Shown here in pieces: positions 17,453 to 26,673 of a stretch of 32,273 bases of DNA. The DNA comes from Acidimicrobiia bacterium (GTDB lineage Bacteria; Actinomycetota; Acidimicrobiia; IMCC26256; JAENVU01). The translations under genes were made by a program, and so were the position numbers. The stretch lies in the NCBI GenBank assembly GCA_017882945.1, contig JADGON010000175.1, forward strand, positions 1-32,273. The letters run 5' to 3'. How positions within the stretch are numbered: position 1 is the first letter of the stretch; each line of letters starts with the position of its first letter. The notes beneath the pieces are model-generated. The model made no database searches. It saw only the letters and a program-made list of their open reading frames with translations, and was not told the origin of the DNA.

Positions 17453-18384
17453 CAGGCGCCCTTCCCGATGTGGCGCTCCGTGTGCCGGCCGACGAGCCCG
17501 AGGAACGCGTCCTCGAGCTGGTGACGCGCGGTCACTGTCTCCACGGCGACGCCCGCGTTGACCAGTGCCGTCACCAGGGCGGACCGTTGCGCGCCGTCGA
17601 GCTCGACGCTCAACCCGGGCGACTCGTCGGTGACCCGCTTGACGCCGGTTGCCGCCGCGAGCACGCGCCGAGCGGTCTCGACGTCGTCGACCTCGAAGTA
17701 TGCGGACGTGCTGACCGCGAGCAGGTCGCGCACCGTGCCGGTCGTCACGAGCTGTCCCTTGTCCATGACGACGACGTGGCTGCAGATCTGCTCGATCTCG
17801 GCGAGCAGGTGGCTGGAGAGCAGCACGGTCACACCCGCGTCGGAGAGTCGGCGCAGGAGCTCGCGCACCGCGCGCATCTCCTGGGGGTCCAGCCCGTTCG
17901 TGGGCTCGTCCAGCAGCAGCAGCTCGGGGCGGCCGAGCAGGACTCGGGCCAGACCGAGCCGCTGGCGCATGCCCTGCGAGTACGTCTTGACCCGGCGCTC
18001 GATCGCGTCGCCCAACCCGGCGACGGCGAGCGCACCTTCGAGGTCGGCGTCCTCCCACCGGGCGCCGCCGGCCTCCCACCACAACCGCAGGTTCCTCATC
18101 CCGGACAGGTGCGGGACGAAGGAGGCGTGCTCGATAATCGTGCCGACGCGAGCCAGCTCGGGGACACCCGGACGCACCAGCCGGTCGAAGATCCGCGCCT
18201 CGCCCGCGGTCGGCCGGATCAAGCCGACGAGCATCCGCAACGCGGTCGTCTTGCCCGCCCCGTTGGGACCGAGCAGCCCGCAGACCTGGCCCCGCAGGAC
18301 ATCGAAGTCCAGGCCCGCGACGGCCTGCACCCGCCCGTATCGCTTGGTGAGGCCACGCACTGCGACCACCGCGGTCTCCGTCAT
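17452..18384 (-). CDS. ABC transporter ATP-binding protein (ABC-2/DrrA-like exporter ATPase)
   Basis: Motifs are Walker A GPNGAGKTT, signature YSQGMRQRLGLARVLL and Walker B LLLLDEPTNGLD. I prefer the ATG at 18384 (MTETAVVAVRGLTKRYG) over the TTG at 18414 given by the track. Confidence 0.9.
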   Translation of the reverse strand: MTETAVVAVRGLTKRYGRVQAVAGLDFDVLRGQVCGLLGPNGAGKTTALRMLVGLIRPTAGEARIFDRLVRPGVPELARVGTIIEHASFVPHLSGMRNLRLWWEAGGARWEDADLEGALAVAGLGDAIERRVKTYSQGMRQRLGLARVLLGRPELLLLDEPTNGLDPQEMRAVRELLRRLSDAGVTVLLSSHLLAEIEQICSHVVVMDKGQLVTTGTVRDLLAVSTSAYFEVDDVETARRVLAAATGVKRVTDESPGLSVELDGAQRSALVTALVNAGVAVETVTARHQLEDAFLGLVGRHTERHIGKGA

Positions 18385-18471
18385 CGGCGCGACCCTACGC
18401 CCCGATCCCGCCAATCCAGCGCGCGGAGAACATGAGAATCTCGCAAGTCCGCGCCCGGTAGCGTCCCCCTC

Positions 18472-19206
18472 GTGACGACTGAGCAGGAGCGGTTCGCGCG
18501 CTGGGCGCGGGCCCCGGAGGGCGCCGAGCCCGTGCCGATCGTCGCCGCGGCCACGGTGGTGCTGTTGCGGGACACTCCGGGTGGCCTCGAGACCCTGATG
18601 CTGCGGCGCGACTCACGCCTCGCGTTCGCGGGCGGGATGTGGGTGTTCCCGGGCGGGCGCGTCGATCCCGGCGACTTCGCCGACGATCCGACCGATGTGG
18701 CCACCGCGGGGCGGAATGCGGCGGTACGTGAAGCCGCCGAGGAGGCCGGCCTCACCGTCGAGACCGAGTCACTCGTGCCGTTCTCGCACTGGACCCCGCC
18801 ACCCGAGGCGCCGAAGCGGTTCTCGACCCAGTTCTTCGTGGCGCCGGCACCCACCGGGCGCGTCACGATCGACGACGGCGAGATCCGGGATCACATGTGG
18901 GTCTCGCCGTCCGAGGCCATGCGCCGCCGGGACGCGCTCGAGATCGAGCTCGCGCCGCCCACCTGGGTGTCGCTTCACACGTTGGCCCGACACGAGACGG
19001 TGCGGGCCGCGATCGATGCGGCGCGCCTCGCGGAGCCGGAGCACTTCACCACGAAGGCGGCGATGACCGACGACGGCATCGTGATCCTCTGGCACGGCGA
19101 CGCCGGCTACGAGGAAGGCGACGCGGCGCGCGAGGGTCCCCGCCACCGGCTCTGGATGGAGGAGACCGGCTGGCGCTACGAACGCTCCGACCCGCCGGGC
19201 GGCTGA
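18472..19206 (+). CDS. NUDIX hydrolase family protein
   Basis: 244 aa with a GTG start. The Nudix box is GGRVDPGD...AAVREAAEEAGL. Confidence 0.8.
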   Translation: MTTEQERFARWARAPEGAEPVPIVAAATVVLLRDTPGGLETLMLRRDSRLAFAGGMWVFPGGRVDPGDFADDPTDVATAGRNAAVREAAEEAGLTVETESLVPFSHWTPPPEAPKRFSTQFFVAPAPTGRVTIDDGEIRDHMWVSPSEAMRRRDALEIELAPPTWVSLHTLARHETVRAAIDAARLAEPEHFTTKAAMTDDGIVILWHGDAGYEEGDAAREGPRHRLWMEETGWRYERSDPPGG

Positions 19207-19213
19207 CGGCGGG

Positions 19214-19993
19214 TCAGTGCGGCTGGACGAACCACTGCAAGATCGCGTCGGCCTGGGGGTTGGGCAGGACCGACCCGCCGTCGATCACGACGCTCTGGCC
19301 GGTGATGTAGGAAGCGAGCGGCGACGCGAGGAACACCACGAGGTTCGCGACGTCGTCCGGGGTCCCGATGCGACCGAGAGGCGTCGCCTCCTCGATCTTG
19401 GCGCGCAGCCCCGGATCACCGAGCACCACCGCGGTGAGCTTCGTCTCGACGAGGCCGGGTGACACGCAGTTGACCCGGATCTTCGGTGCGTACTCGAGCG
19501 CCGCGTCCATCGTCAGCGAGATGACGCCCGCCTTCGCGGCCGAGTACGGGCCCTCGAAGCGGGTCGGGCGCACGCCGCTCACGGACGCGTGGTTCACGAT
19601 GCTCCCGCCCTGCTCGCGCATGAGCGGCACTGCCGCGCGAATTCCGTGAAAGGTCCCGGCCAGGTTCACGTCGAGCAGCCGGCTCCACTCCGCATCCGAG
19701 TACTTGTGCAGGGGCATCGCGGCACCGACACCTGCATTGTTGAAGAGGACGGTGAGGCCGCCGAGTGCGTCCGCGGCATCGGTGATCGCCCTCGTGCACG
19801 CTTCCGGGTCACGGACGTCCGCGACGAACGAGAGGATCCCCTGCTCGGCGGTCAGTTCCTCGGCGGCGTCGACGTCGATCACCGCGACGGTTGCGCCTTC
19901 CTCCACCATGCGCCGCGCGGTGGCCCGTCCGATCCCCGACGCCCCACCGGTGACGATCGCGTGCTCTCCGTCCAGCATCCCCATGGGAGGCAT
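19214..19993 (-). CDS. SDR family oxidoreductase
   Basis: Motifs are AIVTGGASGIGRATA, NNAG and YSAAKAGV (YxxxK). The start is ambiguous (ATG at 19993, 19984 or 19978). The first 13 codons of the track ORF lie inside the hup terminator hairpin and are rejected. Confidence 0.85.
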   Translation of the reverse strand: MPPMGMLDGEHAIVTGGASGIGRATARRMVEEGATVAVIDVDAAEELTAEQGILSFVADVRDPEACTRAITDAADALGGLTVLFNNAGVGAAMPLHKYSDAEWSRLLDVNLAGTFHGIRAAVPLMREQGGSIVNHASVSGVRPTRFEGPYSAAKAGVISLTMDAALEYAPKIRVNCVSPGLVETKLTAVVLGDPGLRAKIEEATPLGRIGTPDDVANLVVFLASPLASYITGQSVVIDGGSVLPNPQADAILQWFVQPH

Positions 19994-20002
19994 CTTGACG
20001 CG

Positions 20003-20032
20003 ATGAGGGGAGGCCGTGTGGCCTCCCCTCAT
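20003..20032 (-). terminator. GC-rich hairpin downstream of hup (13-bp perfect stem, tetraloop)
   Basis: atgaggggaggcc (20003-20015), loop gtgt, ggcctcccctcat (20020-20032). It lies 36 bp downstream of the hup stop on the minus strand. There is no U-tract. Confidence 0.6.
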
Positions 20033-20067
20033 CCCGTGCTTGGAGCGCCCAACGGGCGGCGCGTCTG

Positions 20068-20352
20068 CTACTTCTTGCCGCCGAGCACCGCGTCCTTGAA
20101 GCCCTTCAACGGGGTGATCTTGGCGGCCTTCTTGGCCGGGATCTTGATGGGCTCGCCGGTCGCGGGGTTCCGACCCATGCGAGCGGTCGTCTCACGCCGG
20201 TAGAACTTGGCGAATCCGGTGATGGCCACCGGATCACCGGCCGCCACCGTCTCGGTGACGACCTCGGTAAAGGCGGCGAGGAACGCATCAGCTGTCTTCT
20301 TGTCGGACTCGGTGCGCTCGGCGATCGCCGTGACCAGATCTCTGCGGTTCAC
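20068..20352 (-). CDS. hup: HU family nucleoid-associated DNA-binding protein
   Basis: The GTG at 20352 is preceded by GAAGGAG, giving 94 aa. VNRRDLVTAIAER...FGKF-like GFAKFYRRETTARMGRNPATGEPIKIPA is the characteristic HU arm region. Confidence 0.9.
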   Translation of the reverse strand: MNRRDLVTAIAERTESDKKTADAFLAAFTEVVTETVAAGDPVAITGFAKFYRRETTARMGRNPATGEPIKIPAKKAAKITPLKGFKDAVLGGKK

Positions 20353-20546
20353 TGAGACTCCTTCGGGAACGGACTGGGTTGTGACGTTCACCCTTGCACG
20401 ACCGACCCCCGAAACGACGGATTTTCCTAGGGTTTTCGCGAATTGCTGCCGGTAATAGGTCTGAATTGCCCGAACTGAGGGTCCCGAGACCGTCCGCGGC
20501 GCCTGTCCCAGGCGCCACGTACCCTCGGGCTCGCCATGAGCGAGCG

Positions 20547-22550
20547 ATGACGAACGTCGGGATGAGTCCAACCACCGGATCCGCCAAGAAGCACGGGGGT
20601 TTGGACGCGCCCACGGTCCTCGCGGCTGCGGTCGCCGCACTCGGTGGCGACGACCGGCCCGGCCAGCTCCGGCTGGCCACCGCGGTCGCGTCCGCCGTGG
20701 GCCGCGGCCATCACCTCGTCGCCGAGGCGCCGACCGGTTCGGGAAAGGGCCTTGCCTACCTCGTGCCGGCGGTGCTCTCGGGTCGCAAGGTCGTGGTGTC
20801 GACGGCGACGCTGACACTCCAGGACCAGCTCTGGCACAAGGATCTCCCCCACCTGCGCGAGCACGGCGGCGTCTCGTTCAGCGCCGCGTTGCTGAAGGGG
20901 CGTTCGCAGTACGTGTGCCGGGCGAAGCTGCGGGTCGCGCTCGAAGGACGGCCGCTGCTCGACGACCGTCCGGGCCCGACCCTGACGCGCGATCTCGAGC
21001 GCCTCGAGAAGTTCGCGGCCGACTCCCCTTCCGGTGATCTCGCCGACGTCGACATCGCCGACGCGTCCCGGCGGGCCGCGAGCTGCGCGCCCCGCGAATG
21101 CCCCGGAGCGGGAAAGTGCAGCGACGGCGAAGCCTGCTTCGCGGAGAAGGCGCGCGAACGGGCGGCGTCGGCGGACGTGCTCGTCGTGAACCACGCGCTC
21201 TACTGCGCGCACCTCGCGTCGTCGGGCAACGTCCTTCCCGAACACGACGTCGTCGTGTTCGACGAGGCCCACGCGCTGCCCGACGTCGCGACGGGTGCGT
21301 TCGGGCTCGATCTCTCGCCGATCGGCCTGCGGCAGCTCGCGTCACGGCTGACGACGGTCGGCGTCGGTCGCGGTGAGACCGATCTCGTCGCGGCCGCCGC
21401 CGACGCGCTCGAACACGCGCTCGAAACCCTCGACGGGCGGGTGGACCCGACCGACGGCGCGCTCGCGGCCGCGCTGAGCTCGGCGGCCGAGCGACTCGCG
21501 ACGGCGAACAGCTCGATCGACGCGTCGGAGGACGCCACCGCGGCCGCGCAGGTCGCGCAGCTCGCCGCCTCGCGGCTCGAAGCGCTCCGCCGGCTCCAGT
21601 CCCCGCGCACCGACGAGGTCGCGTGGCGCGAGAACGGTGCCCTGCACCTGGCGCCGATCAGCGTGGCCGAGGCGCTCGCCGACCGCCTGTTCAGCAAGGT
21701 CCCGGTCGTGCTCGTCTCCGCGACCCTCGGTGGTGGCGCGCGCTTCATGCCGTTCGCGACCCGGCTCGGCCTGGATCCCGACGCGGAGGTCGGCCCGGTC
21801 CTCATCCCCGAAGGCCCCGACTCCGACGAGGAGGACGAGTACGGGCCGGGGCTGGGCTACGCGGACCTCGAAGTCGAGTCTCCGTTCGACTTCCGCGAGC
21901 AGGCGTTGCTGTACGTCGCGAAGCACCTGCCCGAGCCGCGGGATCCGAAGTGGGCCGAGGCCGCCGCCGAGGAGGTGTGCTCGCTGGTCGCGGCGGCCGG
22001 CGGTCGTGCGCTCGTGCTGTGCACGTCGCGGGCCGCGGTCACCCGCTTGAGCCTGGTGCTGCGCGAGCGGGGCGACCACCCGATCCTGGTGCAGGGTGAG
22101 GGCTCCCGGTCCGCCCTGCTCCAGCAGTTCGGCGCCGATGAGCGCTCCTGCCTCGTGGCGACCCGCAGCTTCTGGATGGGCGTCGACGTCCCCGGGCCCA
22201 GCTGCGTGCTGGTCGTCATCGATCGACTCCCTTTCACCCGGCCCGACGACCCCCTGGCCATGGCCCGCCGCGAAGCCGCGGAGCGGACCGGCGGCTCAGG
22301 GTTCCGAGACGTCGACCTTCCCGCGGCCGCGCTCGTGCTGGCGCAGGGCGCGGGACGGCTCATCCGCAGCCGCCAGGACCGGGGCGTCGTCGCGGTGCTC
22401 GACCGGCGGCTCGCGACGGCCGGATACCGCGACACCCTGCTCGACGCGCTGCCACCGATGCGACGGGTCGTCGATCCCGCGGTGGTCCACGCCTTCCTCG
22501 CCGATGTCACCACGTCCGTGCCCGAGCACGGGCAGGTTCAGACGAGGTAG
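20547..22550 (+). CDS. dinG: DinG/XPD-family ATP-dependent DNA helicase with Fe-S cluster cysteines
   Basis: It has Walker A AEAPTGSGKGLAYL, DEAH-box VVFDEAHAL and four Cys (CRAKL...C.PREC....KC.....C). The C-terminal helicase motifs are FWMGVDVPG and GAGRLIRS. I take the ATG at 20547 as the start; 20562 is also possible. Confidence 0.85.
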   Translation: MTNVGMSPTTGSAKKHGGLDAPTVLAAAVAALGGDDRPGQLRLATAVASAVGRGHHLVAEAPTGSGKGLAYLVPAVLSGRKVVVSTATLTLQDQLWHKDLPHLREHGGVSFSAALLKGRSQYVCRAKLRVALEGRPLLDDRPGPTLTRDLERLEKFAADSPSGDLADVDIADASRRAASCAPRECPGAGKCSDGEACFAEKARERAASADVLVVNHALYCAHLASSGNVLPEHDVVVFDEAHALPDVATGAFGLDLSPIGLRQLASRLTTVGVGRGETDLVAAAADALEHALETLDGRVDPTDGALAAALSSAAERLATANSSIDASEDATAAAQVAQLAASRLEALRRLQSPRTDEVAWRENGALHLAPISVAEALADRLFSKVPVVLVSATLGGGARFMPFATRLGLDPDAEVGPVLIPEGPDSDEEDEYGPGLGYADLEVESPFDFREQALLYVAKHLPEPRDPKWAEAAAEEVCSLVAAAGGRALVLCTSRAAVTRLSLVLRERGDHPILVQGEGSRSALLQQFGADERSCLVATRSFWMGVDVPGPSCVLVVIDRLPFTRPDDPLAMARREAAERTGGSGFRDVDLPAAALVLAQGAGRLIRSRQDRGVVAVLDRRLATAGYRDTLLDALPPMRRVVDPAVVHAFLADVTTSVPEHGQVQTR

Positions 22551-22990
22551 CGCGAGACGGTGTCGACGACCGCGGCCGGCTTCTCGGAACCGTCCAGCTC
22601 GACCGTGATCCGCACGACCGCCTGCGCTCCACCGGGCACCTCGGTCACCGAGACGACCTCGCCGCGTCCCCGCACCGACGAGCCGGCCGGAACCGGCGCG
22701 ATGAAGCGGGCCTTGTCGATCCCGTAGTTGATGCCCATCGAGATGCCACTGACGGTCGCGAGCTGGCCGAGGAAGTGCGCGCACAGGGACAAGGTGAGGT
22801 AGCCGTGCGCGATCGTGCCGCCGAACGGCCCTGTCTTCGCCTTCTCGACGTCGACGTGGATCCACTGGTGGTCCTCCGTGGCGTCCGCGAACTGGTTGAT
22901 CCGGTCCTGGCCGATGGTGATCCAGTCGGTCGTGCCGAGGTCGCGCCCTGCCGCGCCGAGAAGCTCCTGCGTCGATGCAAACGTCGTCAT
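22538..22990 (-). CDS. MaoC-like (R)-specific enoyl-CoA hydratase / hot-dog fold dehydratase
   Basis: 150 aa with the hydratase motif region DHQWIHVDVEKAKTGPFGGTIAHGYLTLSL. Its 3' end overlaps the dinG 3' end by 13 bp (convergent). Confidence 0.85.
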   Translation of the reverse strand: MTTFASTQELLGAAGRDLGTTDWITIGQDRINQFADATEDHQWIHVDVEKAKTGPFGGTIAHGYLTLSLCAHFLGQLATVSGISMGINYGIDKARFIAPVPAGSSVRGRGEVVSVTEVPGGAQAVVRITVELDGSEKPAAVVDTVSRYLV

Positions 22991-23069
22991 GGCGCCGGTT
23001 CTAGCACTTCGCCCCGCGAGTCAGTCGCCCGGCGTAGCCTCGACCGTCGACGCGTCTGAGGGGGGAACC

Positions 23070-23927
23070 GTGCGGGCTCGAACGGTGGTGGTGGCGGGCG
23101 CGGTGATCCTGGCGGTGCTCGCAGGGTGCAGCAGCAACTCGAAGCGATCCGGGGCGGGCACGACCACGACCAGAACCGCGGGAGCGAAGGATCTCCAGAT
23201 CCTCGTGTCCAACGACGACGGGTACTCGGCCGAGGGCATCGACGTGCTCGTCCAGGCCCTCCGCAAGCTGCCGAACGTGAAGATCACCGTCGTCGCGCCG
23301 GCGACCAACAAGAGCGGGACCGGCAGCCAGACCACGACCGGCACGCTGACCGCGACGCAGAAGACGACGAAGAGCGGGTACCCGGCGACCGCGGTGAACG
23401 GGTTCCCGGTCGACTCGGTCACGTACGGCTTGACCAAGGTCGTGAAGGAGGCGCCCGACCTCGTGATTGCCGGGATCAACCAAGGCCAGAACCTGGGCCC
23501 GATCGCCTCCTTGTCGGGAACCGTCGGTGCGGCGAAAGCGGGAGTCGCCGCCGGGATCCCGGCGCTCGCCGCGAGCCAGGGCCTCGCCGGCGCAGCTCCC
23601 CTGGACTACCCGACCGCGGCCAGGCTCGTGACGGAATGGGTGACCGCTCGGCGTGCCGTGCTGCTCGCCGGCACCGCCACCAAGGACGTCGTGAACCTCA
23701 ACGTCCCGACGTGTCCGACCGGCAAGGTACGCGGGCTGCAGCAGGTGCCGCTGAGCAGCTCCCCGGCCGCGGGTGACGCGATCACCGGTGTGCCCGACTG
23801 CAGCTCGACGGCCACCACGTTCACCGGTGACGTCGGCGCGTTCCTCGCGGGCTTCGCCACCGCGACCGAGCTCGACGGTGCCGGTGAGACCGTCACGACG
23901 AGCACCACCTGGCCCGCATCGGCCTGA
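23070..23927 (+). CDS. surE: SurE-like 5'/3'-nucleotidase with an N-terminal lipoprotein signal peptide
   Basis: The GTG at 23070 is preceded by GAGGGGGGAA. The signal is VRARTVVVAGAVILAVLAGC (lipobox LAGC), followed by an S/T-rich linker. The SurE core is ILVSNDDGYSAEGIDVL...APATNKSGTG...GINQGQNLG...SGTVGAAK. Confidence 0.8.
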   Translation: MRARTVVVAGAVILAVLAGCSSNSKRSGAGTTTTRTAGAKDLQILVSNDDGYSAEGIDVLVQALRKLPNVKITVVAPATNKSGTGSQTTTGTLTATQKTTKSGYPATAVNGFPVDSVTYGLTKVVKEAPDLVIAGINQGQNLGPIASLSGTVGAAKAGVAAGIPALAASQGLAGAAPLDYPTAARLVTEWVTARRAVLLAGTATKDVVNLNVPTCPTGKVRGLQQVPLSSSPAAGDAITGVPDCSSTATTFTGDVGAFLAGFATATELDGAGETVTTSTTWPASA

Positions 23928-23948
23928 ACGGCCGCCTTCCGTAGCGCC

Positions 23949-24443
23949 GTGGCCGATCATCCGCTCGTCGTGCTCATGGGCGTCGCGGGCTCCGGGAAGT
24001 CGACCATCGGCCCCCTGCTGGCCGACGCGCTGGGCGTCAGGTTCGTCGACGGCGACGACGTCCATTCGGGCGCGGCGAAAGCGAGCATGGCGGCCGGGCA
24101 CCCACTCGACGACGCGGCGCGCGGTCCGTGGCTCGATCGGCTCCATAAGATCCTCGCGAGCCACGTCGACGGCGGACTCGTGCTCGCGTGCTCGGCCCTC
24201 AAGGACGCGTACCGCCAGCGCCTCGCTCGCGGGTTGGTCGGCGTCGCCTTCATCGCCCTTGTGGCTCCCGCCGACGTGCTCGAGTCGCGCCTCGAGGCGC
24301 GACCACACCACTTCGCAGGCCCGGGCTTGCTCCCCTCGCAGCTCGATGCACTCGAGCTCGGCGACGACGTCATCGTGATCGACGCCACCCGGTCGGTCGA
24401 GGCCGTCACCGAAGCCGCCGCGAGCGCCGTTCCCAACGTCTGA
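23949..24443 (+). CDS. gntK: Gluconokinase (GntK/IdnK family)
   Basis: 164 aa with a GTG start. VVLMGVAGSGKSTIG...FVDGDDVHS...MAAGHPLDDAARGPWLDRL...ACSALKDAYR is collinear with E. coli GntK motifs. Confidence 0.85.
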   Translation: MADHPLVVLMGVAGSGKSTIGPLLADALGVRFVDGDDVHSGAAKASMAAGHPLDDAARGPWLDRLHKILASHVDGGLVLACSALKDAYRQRLARGLVGVAFIALVAPADVLESRLEARPHHFAGPGLLPSQLDALELGDDVIVIDATRSVEAVTEAAASAVPNV

Positions 24444-24498
24444 CCAGATCTCGAGAGAAATCTCGTGACGACGAGGACCGGGCGAACCAAGAGATGAT

Positions 24499-25095
24499 GT
24501 GAACACGGAGACTGACGCCCAGCTGCTCGCGTGCGTTCGGGACGATCCCGCCGCGCTCGAGCAGCTGTACCGGCGGCATGTGGGCCGTGTGGTCGCGTAC
24601 GCGACCCGCCGGTGCGAGCAGCCCGCCGACGTCGCCGATCTGGTCGCCGCCACGTTCCTTGCGGTCCTCGAGTCTGCGTCGACGTACGACCCGGCTCGTG
24701 GTGACGCGTTGCCGTGGATCCTCGGCATCGCCGGACGGATCCAGTCGCGCCAGCGCCGGCGCCAATGGCGCGAGCGCGATGCGCTCGGCCGGAGTGCGAA
24801 CGCCCGTGTCCTTGCTCCCGATGACTTCAGCCGTCTGGAACGGGCCATCGACGCGACCCGCCGCCGCAGCGACGTCGACGAAGCCCTGCAGCGATTGTCG
24901 GGCCGGCACCGCGAGGTCCTGCTGCTCGTTGGCGCGGACGGCCTCGACCACGAACAGGCGGCGACGGCTCTCGGCCTCTCTCCCGGCGCGTTCCGCAACC
25001 GGCTGCTGCGGGCGCGCCGCGCGCTTCGACGCGCCCTCCCCCGACCACCGCACCGACTGCCCAACCCGACCACTGCCCAGGAAGGAACTCCATGA
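24499..25095 (+). CDS. ECF-type RNA polymerase sigma-70 family factor
   Basis: 198 aa with a GTG start. It has region 2 (LEQLYRRHVGRVVAYATRR...DLVAATFLAVLE) and a region 4 HTH (LSGRHREVLLLVGADGLDHEQAATALGLSPGAFRNRLLRARRALR). Confidence 0.85.
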   Translation: MNTETDAQLLACVRDDPAALEQLYRRHVGRVVAYATRRCEQPADVADLVAATFLAVLESASTYDPARGDALPWILGIAGRIQSRQRRRQWRERDALGRSANARVLAPDDFSRLERAIDATRRRSDVDEALQRLSGRHREVLLLVGADGLDHEQAATALGLSPGAFRNRLLRARRALRRALPRPPHRLPNPTTAQEGTP

Positions 25096-25958
25096 CGGCA
25101 AGCACACTCGCACCATTCGAAGCCGACATCCTCGACGCGCTTCTCGAAGCCCAGCGCCGGCTCCATTCGGCGCCGACCCCCGTCGCTGCGCCGCGGCACC
25201 GCGTTCGGCGGGTCGCCGCTACCGTCACGGTTGCCGCCGCACTCGGGACCACGACGGCGGTCTTGGTCGCCACCAGCTCGACGACCTCTTCGCCCACTCG
25301 ACCCGACGCGATCGGCCGCGACGCGACCGAGCCGATCCACGCACAGACGGTCGCGGCGATCACGCATCGAGCGAGCGCCGCCCTCACCAACCTGGACGGC
25401 CTGGTGCTGCACACTCGCGAGACCCGGACACGACCGACCGCATCCGGGGCCGTCACCGACGTCTACGACACGTGGTCGGACCGCGGCGACCCGGAGCACT
25501 CCCGGGCGATGTACTCCGTGAACGGGCACCCCGTGTACGACATCCAGACCGACTCGGCCGCCCCCTCCGAGCGGTTCGTCGACTACGGGAAGCACACCTG
25601 GTACGAGGGCCCGACGATCGACTACTCGAACCGCCATCTCCTCGGCACCACCCCGGGGAGGATCCGCCAGCAGCTCGACGCCGGTGGCCTCGCACTGGTC
25701 GGCCACGAGACGATCGACGGACGCGACACCCTGCACCTCTCCCGCAACGACATCGCACCTCTCGCCGGCGAGCTGTGGGTCGACGCCACCACGTACCTCC
25801 CCGTGCGCTCGAGCAACGCGATCGGCACGACCGACTACGAGTGGCTCGCTCGAACCGCTCGCTCGCGGTCGAAGCTCGTCCCTGGCGTCCCGCCGGCCTT
25901 CACCTTCGGGGGGCTGCCCCCGGAGACTCCGGCGAACCCCGACGGGAGCCTGGGCTAA
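25092..25958 (+). CDS. Single-pass membrane protein cotranslated with the ECF sigma; putative non-ZAS anti-sigma factor with an extracytoplasmic domain
   Basis: The ATG overlaps the sigma stop (ATGA), with an AGGAAGGAA SD. It has about 45 cytoplasmic aa, one TM (VAATVTVAAALGTTTAVLVAT) and an outside domain of about 220 aa. No HxxxCxxC motif is present. The function is inferred from context only. Confidence 0.5.
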   Translation: MTASTLAPFEADILDALLEAQRRLHSAPTPVAAPRHRVRRVAATVTVAAALGTTTAVLVATSSTTSSPTRPDAIGRDATEPIHAQTVAAITHRASAALTNLDGLVLHTRETRTRPTASGAVTDVYDTWSDRGDPEHSRAMYSVNGHPVYDIQTDSAAPSERFVDYGKHTWYEGPTIDYSNRHLLGTTPGRIRQQLDAGGLALVGHETIDGRDTLHLSRNDIAPLAGELWVDATTYLPVRSSNAIGTTDYEWLARTARSRSKLVPGVPPAFTFGGLPPETPANPDGSLG

Positions 25959-26632
25959 GGCGCCGGCTTCTCGATGGTGTTCCAGTCGCGTGTCGACAGG
26001 TACGTGCCGAACTGCTCGCCGATGTGCAACAGGTCGTCCATCGTCTTCGGATGGCGGAGCTCGTAGAGGTGCGGAAATCGCTGCATCGACTTCACGAGAT
26101 CCCACAACGCGACCGCATCGTCGCCCTCGGGTGCGGGGACGACGACCGGTCCGTACACGGCGTACTCGCTCGGATGGAACACGATCGTCGGTACGCCGTG
26201 CGCGCCATGCTTGGCGACGGCCTCCAGGTGTTCGTCGCGTACCTCGACAAGGGTCGAGGCGTCGTCGATCGCCCGCTCGACGTACGACGCGTCGAAGCCG
26301 GCCCGAGCGATCACCGCGGCGTGTTGGTCCGGAACGTGGGTCTTGACCCCGTCGTAGAAGAACGCGCGGCCCACGGCGTCGTACCAGCGGTCGACCGCGT
26401 CGTTGCCCAGCTCGCGGCGGATGAGCGCGCCGACGCGCATCTGCCCGAAGCCGTAGGACCATGGACGTTCCCACGGGTGCTTCTTGCCCTCGACCCGATT
26501 CACCTCCTCGAGTGAGAAGAACTTCCAGGTGACGTCCAGATCGACCGCAGCGCGCACGGTTCTGATCCAGCGCGAGGTCTGGTAGGCGTACGGGCACATC
26601 GGGTCGAACGCGAAGCTGATCCGTTCGGTCAC
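25955..26632 (-). CDS. DsbA-like thioredoxin-fold protein
   Basis: 225 aa with a GTG start. The N-terminal FAFDPMCPYAYQ motif is typical of DsbA/FrnE-like thioredoxin-fold proteins. The stop overlaps the convergent anti-sigma stop (CTAA). Confidence 0.55.
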   Translation of the reverse strand: MTERISFAFDPMCPYAYQTSRWIRTVRAAVDLDVTWKFFSLEEVNRVEGKKHPWERPWSYGFGQMRVGALIRRELGNDAVDRWYDAVGRAFFYDGVKTHVPDQHAAVIARAGFDASYVERAIDDASTLVEVRDEHLEAVAKHGAHGVPTIVFHPSEYAVYGPVVVPAPEGDDAVALWDLVKSMQRFPHLYELRHPKTMDDLLHIGEQFGTYLSTRDWNTIEKPAP

Positions 26633-26673
26633 GCCCGGAGTCTCGCGCTGATCGTGCGCGCTACGGTGCGCGC

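Noticed and set aside
22538-22550. 13-bp convergent overlap of the dinG and maoC-like 3' ends; also the 4-bp overlap at 25955-25958
   Set aside because: Short convergent overlaps are common in compact high-GC genomes, and nothing else is unusual at these junctions.
24440-24498. Candidate ECF-type promoter (tgacca-N17-cgtga) upstream of the sigma gene
   Set aside because: It does not match the common GGAAC/CGT-type ECF consensus closely enough to call without knowing the ECF group.
23001-26597. A 1198-aa ORF on the minus strand, the longest in the track
   Set aside because: It runs antisense to five well-supported plus-strand genes (surE-like, gntK, ECF sigma, its partner and others). It has the R/G/P/D-rich composition typical of shadow ORFs in about 70% GC DNA, and I recognise no motif in it.
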